Positions 1 through 12,478 of a DNA stretch of 64,000 nucleotides are shown here, in pieces. A program made the translations under genes and the position numbers. The stretch is from Eledone cirrhosa (lineage: Eukaryota), in assembly GCA_964016885.1 (NCBI GenBank), contig OZ024741.1, positions 320,788,001-320,852,000 of the forward strand, in the 5' to 3' direction. The notes beneath the pieces were generated by a model. It was not told the DNA's origin and ran no database searches. It saw only the letters and a program-made list of their open reading frames with translations. Within the stretch, counting starts at the first letter, position 1. Each line of letters begins with the position of its first letter.

Positions 1-116
1 GTTTCTTTCCCTCTCTTTATATTCAACTCCCCATCATCTTATTTCTCTCTCAACCCTAGTTCTCTTTCTCCTATCTCTTTCATATGTATCTCACTCTGTT
101 TCACCTCACTTCTCTC

Positions 117-195
<79 letters not shown>

Positions 196-226
196 GTGTG
201 TATATATATGTATATATATATCTATG

Positions 227-834
227 TCAGGTCACCAGTTGGTGCTACTGGTAACATGTATCCCAGTACAACCTGTCTCATGGTCGGGTCGTTGGCGACT
301 AAACTGGCAACCCCACCAAGGTTTATTGGTGAGGTGGGTGACTTTGGACATCCTGCAGGACTAAAAACAAAACCTGTCAAAGGGCAAAGGAGCTCTTAAG
401 AGTCAATGGCCATCCAAAATCACCGGGAGAGATGACCCCTTAGCCTTTGTCAAGGCAGAATTCTAGGAGAAGGAAAACTCTGATATAACACCTGCAACCC
501 TGATAGTATCCAATGATGTTGACTTGTTCTTCTTTTTGGTAAATATCATCTTGGTTAAGAGAGTGGGACTGGCTTTGTGCAGTGCCTTTGCTCACTATAA
601 AAGCTTCACGGCACAGGCATTGCTTTATATCTGGAGATCTCTCTGCACTTGTCGTCACATGAAACCATGGGCCCAGCACTATGTGCCAATAATTGTCACA
701 AGTATGGTGTTTGTACCAGAGTTGTCAAGTCGCTGGCTGGACTAAAAAGTCACACTCGTTCAGCGCATCGGTAGGGGTTCTCCTACATGGATATAGAGTA
801 GTGAGCGTACTCGAAAACGAGTTGGCAGCCACCA
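227..834 (+). mobile_element. Non-coding interspersed repeat in (TA)n, possibly an RTE-derived non-autonomous element
   Basis: A second partial copy lies at 42805-43192 with the same 3' end (GAGTTGGCAGCCACCA-(TA)n). Contains AGAAGGAAAACTCTGAT, reminiscent of RTE LINE 5' UTRs. Confidence 0.5.
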
Positions 835-1068
835 TATATATCTATATGTATATGTATGTATATGGGTATGAATTTTTTTCTCACGAGTCAGTTCTTCGTT
901 GCTACGGATCCCGGCCAAATTACCGGTCGCTGTCTTCATTTTGCAAAGCCCTTTAAACTGTATGCTATTACTCTGAGGTCCTATATCTTGTCGAGTGCTT
1001 GGCTGCACTGCTGAAAGCATTCGTTGGCTTAGCTGAGGCTCTGGCTTCGAATATGCTGCACCTCCATT

Positions 1069-1118
<50 letters not shown>

Positions 1119-1121
<3 letters not shown>

Positions 1122-1688
1122 GGAAAAGAATGAAACGAAATTTAATTTCTCACTCTTAGTACGGCTGATACTTAAATATCAGTATGTATGTATACGTACA
1201 TACATATATGTATACAGACGTACAGTAGTATGTATATATATATATATATACATACATCCACACATATATATATATGTACGTATGGGTTTACCGATTATTT
1301 ATTATAATGTTCGGTTTGTTTGTAAACAAACAACCCGAATTAAGCCGTACAGTGTTCGGCAACCGTCGTTGCCCTTTTGTTCAACACTGACAAAGGAACG
1401 ATGAACTAGTTTCAAGCTTATTTGCTATCGTCAGCATCGTATACCTTCCTGTCAGATGATTGAACGTTTGAAAGTATATACTTTCCTTATGCATATTAAC
1501 GGCTGAGCAGCCTAATTTGCATATCGAGTAAGTTAGTCGACCGGGCGTACCGAAAACGATAAATGGAAAAGAATGAAACGAAATTTCATTTCTCACTCTT
1601 AGTACGGCTGATACTTAAATATCAGTATGTATACGTAGATACATATATGTATACAGAGGTACAGTAGTATGTAAATATATACATACAT

Positions 1689-1722
<34 letters not shown>

Positions 1723-1910
1723 GTACGTATGGATTTACCGAACATTTATTATAAACGTTTAATCATCTGACAGGAAGGTATACGATTATAATAATTATAA
1801 TAAATGTTCGATAAACCCATACGTACATATATATATATCTGTGCATGTATGTATATATATACATAATACTGTACATCTGTATAAATATATGTATGTACGT
1901 ATACATACTG

Positions 1911-1912
<2 letters not shown>
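1119..1912 (-). mobile_element. Family A: partial-tandem plus inverted non-autonomous PLE/retrozyme-like element
   Basis: 1119-1305 is repeated at 1562-1754 (period ~443 bp). 1755-1912 consists of inverted pieces of the same unit. Flanked by (TA)n and contains a hammerhead fold. Confidence 0.65.
1398..1440 (-). ncRNA. Minimal type I hammerhead ribozyme (family A)
   Basis: Minus strand: ACGATG-CTGACGA-T AGC aaataa GCT T-GAAA-CTAG-TT-CATCGT. Perfect 6-bp stem I and palindromic stem III. Confidence 0.75.
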
Positions 1913-1942
<30 letters not shown>

Positions 1943-1944
1943 AA

Positions 1945-2046
1945 CGAAGGAGGGTTGGTAAGGAACCAGATGGACCATAACGCACCAAAGTACTCAATAC
2001 TTAGGGTAGTAGAGTGGGTAATAGGAAAATATTTAACATTTTCATA
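1945..2046 (-). mobile_element. Family B 3'-end fragment
   Basis: Near-identical to 22317-22400 (GGACCATAACGCACCAAAGTACTCAATACTTAGGGTAGTAGAGTGGG) and flanked by TA. Confidence 0.7.
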
Positions 2047-2175
2047 TATATATATACCCCCCCCCCCACACACACACACACTCTCAAAAGCGTGAACCTA
2101 ATAAACTAATATTTGTACTGCCTCTCTGTTTTTGTTCCTGTCTAAGATTTAGCTATATATATATATATATATATA

Positions 2176-3041
2176 CGAGATGTGTCAGAAAAGTTCCAGG
2201 ACTGATATCACAAAAGATTTATTTCAAACCCAAACTTCACACAAAGAGTTTTCTCCTTCAAAGTAATCCCCCTTAGCTCTCTGCAGCGATCAAACTTTTT
2301 TCTTCATAATTTTATATACATGTCCTCTGTTTCAGGTCGTCAAGCAATGAGCTCAGAGCAATGAACAAACTTGAAGTTTCTGGTACGGTTGGGGAAAACT
2401 CCGTCAGAAGCACTGGGATTGCTGCAGCAAGTGTATGGAGATGAGACGATGTCACGCTCACGTGTTTTTGAGTGGTGCAAGATGACCCCAGGAGCGGAAG
2501 GCCCTCAACAACCAGGACTGAGGTCAAGGTTGAGCGCGTCAGGCAGATGGTGCGTAGCGATCGTCGGCTGACTGTTCGACTGATGGCAAATGAGCTGGGC
2601 ATGAATCGGGACAGCGTCTGGAAGATTCTCACTGAAGATTTGGACATGGGGAAAGTCTGCGTGAAGATGGTGCCAAAACTGCTGAACGATGACCAGAAGG
2701 GTCGATGTATGCAAGTATGCCAGGACATCCTCGAGCGTCTTGAAAACGAACCAGACTTGCTAGGGACAGTCATCACCGGTGATGAGTCATGGATCTTCGA
2801 GTACGACCCGGAGGGAACCCGTTTTAAAGACGTGAACGACATCAAAAAGGCCGTGACGACGGAACTGCGGAGGATCCCGGAAGAATCCTTCCAGGAGTGC
2901 ATGCAAGCGTGGCAGAAAATGATGGAAAAGTGCATTAGACTCCAGGGGGATTACTTTGAAGGAGAAAACGCTTAGTGTGAAGTTTGGGTTTGAAATAAAT
3001 CTTTTGTGACATCAGTCCTGGAACTTTTCTGACACACCTCG
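2176..3041 (+). mobile_element. Mariner (Tc1/mariner) transposon, internally deleted
   Basis: ~97-bp TIRs (CGAGATGTGTCAGAAAAGTTCCAGG...CCTGGAACTTTTCTGACACACCTCG), TA on both sides, and transposase remnants. Confidence 0.95.
2346..2975 (+). pseudogene. Mariner transposase pseudogene
   Basis: HTH, RSGRP, (W/M)VPK-L, ITGDESW..YDPE and C-terminal GDYFE motifs. Early stop, frameshift near 2475, and a deletion at YDPE|GTRF that removes most of the DDD domain. Confidence 0.9.
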
Positions 3042-3069
3042 TATATATATATAGAGAGAGAGAGAGAGA

Positions 3070-3439
3070 GACTACAATAATCAAAGTTCAGTTTAAGTCA
3101 TTTATTTGCTTACAATTGTTTCCTCCAAACCGAGGTTTGGATTCTTCGTAGCAACTATTTACTGATCTATAACATACTTGACCTCCTTTTCAACCCAAGA
3201 GACACATAAAACATATGCGCATATTGATCAACAGTGGGGTGACATAAACTGAACTTTGATTAGTGTAATCTCTATATAACTGCTCTGTAAAACAACTGAT
3301 GTTATTACATTGAGCTATTTATCTTACTGGTAATAGGATAGTAATTAATGACTATCTTTCACTATTTAGGGTTTGTGTATATATAATATATTACCATTAA
3401 AGGTTTTATTGCATACATAACCATAAACAGTACCCTTAA

Positions 3440-3442
<3 letters not shown>
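3070..3442 (-). mobile_element. Short PLE-LTR-like repeat with internal inversion and degenerate hammerhead
   Basis: 3070-3100 is inverted at 3240-3272. Hammerhead-like fold at 3106-3154 on the minus strand. Confidence 0.45.
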
Positions 3443-3472
<30 letters not shown>

Positions 3473-3473
<1 letters not shown>

Positions 3474-3588
3474 GAGGTGTGTCAGAAAAGTTCCAGGACT
3501 GATGTCACAAAAGATTTATTTCAAACCCAAACTTCACATTAAGCGTTTTCTCCTTCAAAGTAATCCCCCTGGAGTCTAATGCACTTTT
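3473..3588 (-). mobile_element. Solo mariner 3' TIR fragment
   Basis: Reverse complement of ~2926-3041, starting at TA. Confidence 0.9.
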
Positions 3589-3631
3589 AGAATGCCGTTA
3601 GTTTCTTGTTAAAACAATCTCTATACCTCTC

Positions 3632-3704
<73 letters not shown>

Positions 3705-3785
3705 GCTCTTTCTTTTCTCTCCTTCTTTTCTCTCTTCCTTCTCTCTCTCGCTTTTCCTTCTCTCTTTCTCTCTCTTCTCTATCTT

Positions 3786-3854
<69 letters not shown>

Positions 3855-3994
3855 TTCTCTCTAGATACTTAGAAAACACATAGATATATATATAGAGATA
3901 GATAAATAGACAGTAATATCAAAACACTTGTTTTCTTGCAACGAGCAAATTTCCTTTATGTATCAATCAAAGCTTTGACAACGTTGTTCAGCTT

Positions 3995-4309
3995 GTTCTT
4001 ATTGTTGTTGCTGCTGTTGCTTTAACTCTATTTTTGTTTGTTGTTATAGCTGTTGCTGTTTTTGTAGTAATTGCTGGCATTGTTGTTGTTGCTGCTGTTA
4101 TTGCTATTATAGTAGTTACTATAGATGTTATTGCTGCTGCTGCTGCTGGTGTTCTTATTTGATATTGCTGATGTCGTCATTGTAGTTACTGTTAATGCAG
4201 CTGTTATTGCTGTTACAGTAGTTACTGTTGATGTTATTCTTGCTGTTGTTGTTTTTATTGCTGCTGTTGTTTCCGTGGCTGTAGTTACTGTTGATGTTGT
4301 TATTGCTGC

Positions 4310-4340
<31 letters not shown>

Positions 4341-4480
4341 ATTTTAGTTATTGTTGATGCTACTGCTGTTGCTTTTATTGTAGTTGCAATTGATGCTGAT
4401 GTTGTTGCTGTTGTTATCGCTGCTGTTGTTGTTGCTATTATTGCTGCTGTTGTTGCTGCTGTTGCAGTTAATAATAATAT
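3995..4480. repeat. (GTT/GCT)n degenerate trinucleotide low-complexity tract
   Basis: Direct inspection. Confidence 0.9.
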
Positions 4481-4719
4481 CATAAGTTCCCATTTCTGTT
4501 TTTTTTTTTTATGTATTATTGCTGTGTTCTTTTTATAACCGCTGCTGCAGATGCTGCCGTTGTTATTACTATGGCGATGAACAACTTAACAGAAAATGGT
4601 GGGCGATTGGATATTTTGGTGGACAAAAGAAGGTTTGTTCAGTATTAAGAAGGAGATATGCAAAGAACCTGTAGGAGAGACTTTGGTGTCCTTGGTTCTA
4701 GGGCCACCTCCCTACTCAC

Positions 4720-4825
4720 CACTATCGGCACAGAGTTGTCTACCGGCAGGTGTGAGCCTAACGAGCTGGAATGGATCTTCCAGCGCGTCTCTCTCACCAT
4801 CCTTCGGGGAAACGCCTTCCTCCAT
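4720..4825 (-). CDS. Candidate host coding exon (MEEGVSPKDGERDALEDPFQLVRLTPAGRQLCADS), unverified
   Basis: Unique GC-richer island. ATG at 4825, 35 open codons, then a consensus donor G|GTGAGT. No homology recognised. Confidence 0.25.
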
Positions 4826-5037
4826 TCTGTCCACTAAGGATGTTGGGCGGCCAGCATGTGAGTCCCTAATTGCTCATAATAGCGAGAGATAGGGGAGAGC
4901 GGGAGAGACGGAGGCCTTGACAGTGGTAGTTTGGTTCCTTTATGTTCGGACATGGTGAATGTTTCAGAAAAGAGAAACAAACAGGGAGATAAATGGTTAT
5001 AATGAACCAGTAACAAACTTTTATCGAACATTTAGAG

Positions 5038-5373
5038 CAGGGGTCCCCAACCCCCGGCCCGCAGGCCACATCCGGCCCGCGAAGGCCTTTATCCTGCCTG
5101 CGAGGGTTCTAAAAAGGGTAGTTTGCAATAAATTCGCACCCCATCTATCGATATTGCCGAATAAAACAATGTTTAAATGTATTTTTCTGCTTGGGACAGC
5201 TCTAAGTATCAATATTGAATTTTGTTTCAAATCTAACATAAGGGATAAATAAATGATTACTTATTTGTAGTATTAATTAGTATTAATTAAGTAGTATTAA
5301 TTACGCATCCGGCTCGCGGAGCCACCGCTGCATGGCTATCCGGCCCGCGGACGCAAAAGGTTGGGGACCCCTG
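5038..5373 (+). mobile_element. hAT (Charlie-like) MITE
   Basis: TIR CAGGGGTCCCCAAC/GTTGGGGACCCCTG, subterminal CGGCCCGC repeats, and 8-bp TSD ATTTAGAG/ATTTATAG. Confidence 0.92.
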
Positions 5374-5645
5374 ATTTATAGTATGGTTTTGAATATTTAC
5401 TATACAGGTGGAGAATGGAGATTTTTTTTCCATGTGAAAGTTGCCGATAACGCAAAAAAAGGGTTGGGAACCCCAACTATAGTTGATGTTATAGTTGTTA
5501 TTCACGTTATTGTCTTACAGAAGCAATTGTTCTTTATTTCTTCATTGTCAAAATGTAACCTAGTGTTCAATCTACGACCGCTACATACATATACGCATGC
5601 GCACAAATGTTCATACATATACGCATACTAGATATACATAAATAC

Positions 5646-5646
<1 letters not shown>

Positions 5647-5696
<50 letters not shown>

Positions 5697-6451
5697 TGAG
5701 GATGTATGAGTGTGTGTGTGTGAGTTTGAATCCCTAAGATTCGAGAAGCACACAACCAACTGTTTTCAAACTTCACACATGTAATACTTAAGTTTCAGGG
5801 AGTCTTCTGAACAAAAAGAAATTTCAAATTTTCAATGCCCTAGGGACTGCATTAGGCGATTTAGCGATCTCCCTCTATAATTCTTAGTCTTTCTCTTTTT
5901 AGATAGATACATATATATAACGTCGCGCCCTTATTTTTCAAACTTTACATGTGTATTACTTATGTTTCAGAGGGTGTTATGCACATAAAAGAATTCAACT
6001 TTTTCAGGTTTTTAGTGGTTTTTTGAAGCGTTACGTGAAACCGATTTCCTTGAAATTATTACTATGTATTAGTTAGTCTCTTCTTCATACCGTGAGCAAA
6101 GAAAATCCAACTTTTTTATGGCCTAGGGCCCGAATTAGGTGAAAAACTTCATCGTTTCAGCTTTTTATGGCTTTTTCGAGGCGTTAAGTCTAGCCGATTT
6201 TCCCGAAATTTCAAGGCATATTATGCACATAAAAAAAATTCATTTTCTTGATCCCCTAGGGCCGGCATTAGGTGAAAACCTGCATTTTTCCTGCTTCATC
6301 GAGGAAAATATTAAAGATTATCCAGCCATCAGAGTATTCGGTTTATTTTCTTTACATATTGTCCAGGCATGCAGTTTTTTCACGATAAGGTTTGTTGGCG
6401 GTCCGCGTTCCAAAATACCTTATCCCGTGCAACGCCGGGTACCACTGCTAG
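5647..6451 (+). mobile_element. Non-autonomous Helitron
   Basis: 5' TC(TA)nAAAA start, 3' hairpin CCCGTGCAACGCCGGG followed by CTAG|T, and internal repeats. A partial copy lies at 44700-44888. Confidence 0.8.
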
Positions 6452-7299
6452 TATATATATATAATTATCTATCATGTATACACGCACACACGCTTATACA
6501 CACAAACAGACACACACGTACATACATTACATACATATATAGATATATATATATAATGTATACGTTTGTGTGTGTACAAATGATAAATGAGTATAACTGA
6601 GTATGTATACACACACAAACATATATATATATATATATATATTATATACATACATATGTTTTTGTGTGTGTAGAAGTGATAAATGAGTATACATGAGTAT
6701 GTATGTATGTATATATATATACATACATAAACTTAACCATTCATCATCTACATATCTACACACACCATCATACACAAGCACGTACGCACACACACACACA
6801 CTCACGTTTGTTACAGCAACCACTATATAAAATCCCATTCCCTCCACATTAGCTTTCTCCTTCACCCTCCTCTAATGGTCAAAGCTGCACACATGGTCGA
6901 CAGTTACATTTATCAAACATTGCTTACAATCACATGTCACCCCTATTTTGTTTGTTTTTCTTCTTTTACCCCACATTTTCGTCAATGATGTCAGTGTACA
7001 CATTCAACAAGCAAATTAGCTGATAGATGTTTTCCGGCTGTTCTGTGTGAGTTGGTCTTCCGTTGGTCCTGGCGATGACTTTGCCAGTTGGTTCTACCAA
7101 CGAAACAGCTTTCTCATGATATTAACGTGCAAGTGGTTGACCATTCCACAGATACGCGTACCTTTAACCAAGGCCTATAAGAGGAGGGTCCATCCGGTAC
7201 TTTGTTCCGAGGCCCAAGAGTATAGAAGTCCCCCCAGTAACCAGTCTTTGCCTGCTTTGGGCCCCAAAGCGGCCTTGTACCTTCTTGCAAAATTTCTCT

Positions 7300-7506
7300 T
7301 GGAGACCCTACCTTTAACGTAATTCTCAAAGGAATTCAGCGTGACAGTGTGTGTGCCAAGGCTGGTTCTTTGAATTACAGAAAAACTCATTTTTGCCTGC
7401 TGAGTGGACTGGAGTGACGTGAAATAAAGTGACTTGCTCAAAGACAAAACAAGGAATTGAAGACAAGACTTTCGATTTTGATGCGAACACCCTAACTACT
7501 AAGCCA
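7300..7506 (-). mobile_element. Degenerate tRNA-derived SINE (family of 10657-10984)
   Basis: Shares ACGTGAAATAAAGTG-CTTGCT-AA and a tRNA-like head. Confidence 0.55.
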
Positions 7507-7915
7507 AGTGGTTTCGCACTTCCATTCTATATCACAATGCATTTCAAAAGTCAATTGGTTGGATTATGTATCATACATGCAGGACATATATAAAGTGCAA
7601 GCCCACAAAGCTGGTTATACGTCTGGGCCTAACGTGAAATGGGGTTCCCATTTCAAACAGCTCCTTAAATGTTTTAGTAATCAGCGCTAAAAACATATGG
7701 TATATGGATGGGTTACGTTCATGTTTACATGATGTATGAGCAAGTAACAGGGGAAAATAAAATAAAATGTGAGTTGAGTAGGCTACTTCTAATTCGTAGA
7801 CCCATTATTTAAAGAAAAATAGGTAAGGCTATTAACTCTCGATATAGGCTCCTTTTCGACATCGAACCCCCCCCCCCCCCCCCCCCCCCACCCCCACCAC
7901 CCACCACACACACAC

Positions 7916-7951
<36 letters not shown>

Positions 7952-9069
7952 TATATAAGCCGACCCCCCCCCGGTATGACTTGAACTTTGAGCACAGTGA
8001 GCCGGAATACATACCGAAACAATTTTTAACCCGACGCCCGGAAAACTCTGCCAATCCGCCGCCTTTAAACAACCAATTAGTTTCTTTTAAAAAAGGTCCG
8101 AACGCAAAGATTAAATCATGTGGTTCTAAAGACACCAAAGTCGAGAAAACTGTTGAACTTTCGGTACAGATTAGAGCCCTTCACATCATCCTCATAACTC
8201 ATGTTCTGGAAGATTTCGTGACTCGAGTCGACACTAGCTGTGGGACTCTTTCTAAACAAAGTCCGGCATCACAGACTGTCTAATAAAGCTCAACAGACGT
8301 CAATTAAACCGGACACCAGGATTAATTTATCAGCAACTTCTGCTACGATTTGAATCGCTTTGACTTCTATAAGCTTAAAGTGCTTCAACATCTTACCTTC
8401 GGAACTCGTTGTACTCCATCTGTCCCATCTTCGACGTGACATTTTTAAAATAAACCGGTAGGTAAGTGCTGTGCTGTGATTTGGAACTTTAAAGGCACAA
8501 AACGCCCCAACATCATTAATTGCGTCATCTACCTTAAATTATACAACGAATAACCCACCGCTGACAAAGATCGTCTGTAATACCGAATAGCAGTCAACCA
8601 CGTTTTACTGATACTCACAGCCACTAACCTTATAGTTCAAATGAGCGTCTACCACAAACCTAACAACTCCGAACACTTCATTTTGCTGCCTCCAATTGCC
8701 TCATCAAATCAATCTCCAGTTTTATTTGACCATATTATGCTCCCATGGTCGCTGCCCTCTCATTTTATATCCACAATACCATATCTTTCGCTTTTTCAAC
8801 ACTCTCTAACATTGTAAACGCCTCATCACTCCCTCTTCGGCATTATATCTTGTGACGATGGTCACTAAGTCCTTTAATGCTTTCTGTAACTTTACACCAC
8901 AGCCGAAAGAAGCACTCCCTTACAATTGTTCACCTGACTCAACTTAACACATTAAAATTATTCTCCTTCCTCACTGAGAGGCTATAAAGACCGAGATGAA
9001 TGCCATTTAGAATAGATTGTAGTTTACCTCGAGGATTAAATGTTCACTCAATACACTGGTCATAACTGT

Positions 9070-9295
9070 GAGGTATATGGTCATTACATCGACGAGCTTG
9101 GTAAGATCGTTAACGCTGCTGATAAAATACAATGTAGTATTTCCTTACGGCCCTCTATGTTCTGGTTTTCGATCGAAACGAGTTCAACTGTGCTATTCAT
9201 TTTTCGAGGTCGATATATGAAATACCAGTCAAGTAATGGGGTCGATACAATCGACTTTTCCGTTTCCCGCCTTGTGCATAAAGCAGAAAACATTG
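9070..9295 (+). mobile_element. Degenerate tRNA SINE (family of 13889-14110)
   Basis: TTCAT..TTCGAGGTCGAT..AAATACCAGT..GGGGTCGAT..AATCGAC..CTTGTGC.TAAAG.AGAAA. Confidence 0.6.
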
Positions 9296-10656
9296 TATTG
9301 ATGACTATTAGCGCCAGAATAAAAACTTGCTTCTTTCATTTCGTTCGTGACAATTTCTTTCCCACATTGACATTCTTCTCGAAAATCTAACGATAAACTG
9401 CCGCTTCTCATGTTTTCTCTGTTACAAACCAACAGAATCCTACACACACCAAATCCGACATCCCACTTTTCAATATTTCCCTCTTTCATGCTTCTGGTTT
9501 CGTATCTAAGGCAACCTTTATCTCCTATTCCACCTAGTTTGGAACTTCCACCTTCAATAGTACACGATGAATCTATTCACCACCAGCACCACAATTCTAC
9601 GTTGAGCTGTTTTTGCTGTCCAGTTGTACGACCATTTTGATTGCACATCAGCAAATCTGATTTACTACCTCGCTTGACATCGCTGTAATCCCTGGTATAA
9701 AGGTGTTACCGGTTTTCAGATAGATGATCACTTACACCCAATTCATTTTTCTTCATTTTTTTTTTTTTTTTACTTTTAGGCTCCATTATTCTGTCTTTCT
9801 ATAAATCAGTACTTATCATTGCCATCCAAATATATTTTTCTTCTTCTCCCTTTATCTTCTAATCTTTTTTTCTTTCCCATGTATTTGTATTGTGTTCCTC
9901 TTACTTCATTCGCCTTCCCTTCTCTTCACTCGCCAATTTGTTGTTTTTCTTTGTCTTAGGATTAGCTGGTGTAGATATTAACCAGATATCCCCCGTTCTC
10001 GTTTGCTACGTATATATATAAAGTATAGGTGACATGTCTTCTTATCGCACAAATCTATAGATATTAGATTCTTGCAAAGCAAATTATTTTAATTTAATTT
10101 AATTTAAACCAAGTGGGGTAAAACAAATAAAAGGTAAAAGCGAGCTTGTATTAACTTCACAGATAACGCCTTACCTATATGTATATAACTATATATATTC
10201 ACACACAGACTCAAACAAGTGCGTGCACACACATATACATACACACATACACACTCACAGAAATGCATATACCATATGTGTGTTTATGTGTTTTTGTGCC
10301 TGTGCGTGCGTGTGCATGTGTGTGTGTGTGTGGTGCAAGGTCAACAATAAAAATCAGTGAAAACATACACCGAGGACAATTACATACATGCACACACGTC
10401 TCTCTCTCTCTCTCTCTCTCGCACTCTCTCTCTCTCACTATTATGCATATATTTATAAAATATGAGGTAATAATATGAACAAAATATACCTTTTTTTTTC
10501 TTCAAAGTCCCGACTGCAGTTTCACCGATCCCTGTGCAACGTTGCGCACTATATATATATATATAGTGCAACGTTCTGCACTATATATATATATATAATG
10601 CAAGGTTCTACACTATATATATATATGTGTGTGGGTGTGTGTGTGAGGGCGGTGTA

Positions 10657-10984
10657 AAGGTAAAGACTCCTTTCGGTCACGAATGACCATGGGATTTGCA
10701 CCTAGAAAGTTCCCCTCCGAGGTACAAGTCCGGACAATGTTGTTTGTGGAAGACCAGTAGTCGCCCATGCATACCAGTCTCCCCTCTCCATGTCACTGAT
10801 GTTGTCCAAGGGAAAGGCGAAGGGGGAGGCCGATACAGCTTGACACCAGTGACATCGCAACTCATTTCTCAATAAACTGGAGCAACGTGAAATAAAGTGT
10901 CTTGCTAAAGAACACAAAGCACCATCCGGTCCGAGAATCGAACTCACAATCTCCCGATTGCAAGCTCAATGCTCGAACCACTAT
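10657..10984 (-). mobile_element. tRNA-derived SINE with CORE-like segment
   Basis: Minus strand: A box TAGTGGTT, B box GAGTTCGATTC, TGTGTTCTTTAGCAAGACACTT, and a (CCTTTA) tail. Confidence 0.75.
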
Positions 10985-11443
10985 AATAAATTTTGAATTA
11001 GACAGACGAAATATACGATCAATACAATTCTCTGTACTTATACAGTACAGGATTAACCGATATTGCTTGAATCTCCATATAGATATAGATATTCTGTATA
11101 TAAACATCTAAACATGTCAATTTTAGGTATTTCCTGTAGAAAGATATGATATCCTACCGCTATCGGTATCTCATCAGAGAATCTATACATCATTATCAAC
11201 AATTATATACCCGTTAATCATATATTTCTCGGTGGATGATCAATAATGTAGATATTATTTGTGAAGTTCTTGCGTTTGGTTGATTTGTGTTACCCCATTT
11301 ATATTTACAGCCCTGAGTGGTTTTCTACTCGCGTATGCAGACTGATTCATTTAGCTCTTCTAGCAATGGATGTGTAGATATGAATTCTAAAATATGTTTA
11401 CTGACTGCACTATTGTGCGCATCTAGTGCACGCTGGTAAAAAT

Positions 11444-11658
11444 AATTGTTTCTACTTTAGACACAAGGCCAGCAATTTGGGGGGAGGGGAAAATCGATTA
11501 AATCAACTCCAGTGACTGGTACTTTATTTTATCGACCCCGTAAGGATGAAAGGCAAAGCTAACCTCGGCATTTTTGAACTCAGAACATAACGGGTCAAAA
11601 CTCTATGCCGCTAAGCATGTTATCCGACGCTCTACTGATTCTGTCAATCCCCCGCCCC
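11444..11658 (-). mobile_element. tRNA-derived SINE with Meta-like central domain
   Basis: Reverse complement of the 13889-14110 family. Confidence 0.85.
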
Positions 11659-12011
11659 TACATTGGTAAAAATAATGAAAGTAGATTTCTTTTCAGCATA
11701 GTTGTTCTAATGCTCACCGAACCTTCACTAATACTTTGATTTGTTTTTCTTATGTAAGTTTCAGCGAGATTTGCACAATTGATCTAATCAGGCGCTTTAT
11801 AAGGTATACTGTATTACTTACTTTACAATTGATATGTGGGTTTGTGGTACATATTTCGCAACCATGTTTACGTGTGTCGTTCTCAAAGAGGCAAGCCTGA
11901 CTGACGATTTCTTTATAGGATCTACCTGTCTGTTCTATGGCTTTAATTTTGAGATTGTGCGTGATATTTATAAACATTACATTAGCTAATTTATTGTTAT
12001 CGTACAATGCT

Positions 12012-12478
12012 ATTTTATTATTATTATGAATTTTATATGTCCGTCATAGGTGTTATTTAACCGGAGAATTTGCTCTAATGAACATCAAGACTGCTACCTG
12101 CAGCATCGGATATTCAGTACGCATTGGAGAGTCCTTGCTGTTTCCGGTAAGCATGCCTTTTGAAGTGTTTCAAAAAAGAGGGGTTGGGCTAGTGTTCTCC
12201 AACAATCCTTGGAAACTCTTCGAGATACTACCTGGTGCTCCTATGACGATGGGGGCGACCTTGATCTCATAACAGTTCCAAATCCTTTTCAACTCTCACT
12301 TTAGAACTTGGTATCGGTTAATTTTCTCCTCCTTTCCTTGTACTCTTGTGTCAAGGGGGTAGACTAAATCTATAATCAAGCAAGATATTTTACCTTGTCA
12401 AAAACCACCAGGTTATGCATATTCTGTTCTAATTCTTTGTCTGTTCATATCCTGAAATCCCACAACACCTTCACAAAC
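12012..12478 (-). mobile_element. Decayed 3' end of Dong/R4-type LINE (REL endonuclease region)
   Basis: Homologous to 53950-54335, with a TAA-like tail at 12012-12027. Confidence 0.8.

Noticed and set aside
4028-4538. Thr/Ala-rich mucin-like and Val-rich membrane-like ORFs
   Set aside because: Degenerate trinucleotide repeat.
7980-9720. Higher-complexity region that may be a decayed retroelement
   Set aside because: No motif could be recognised reliably.
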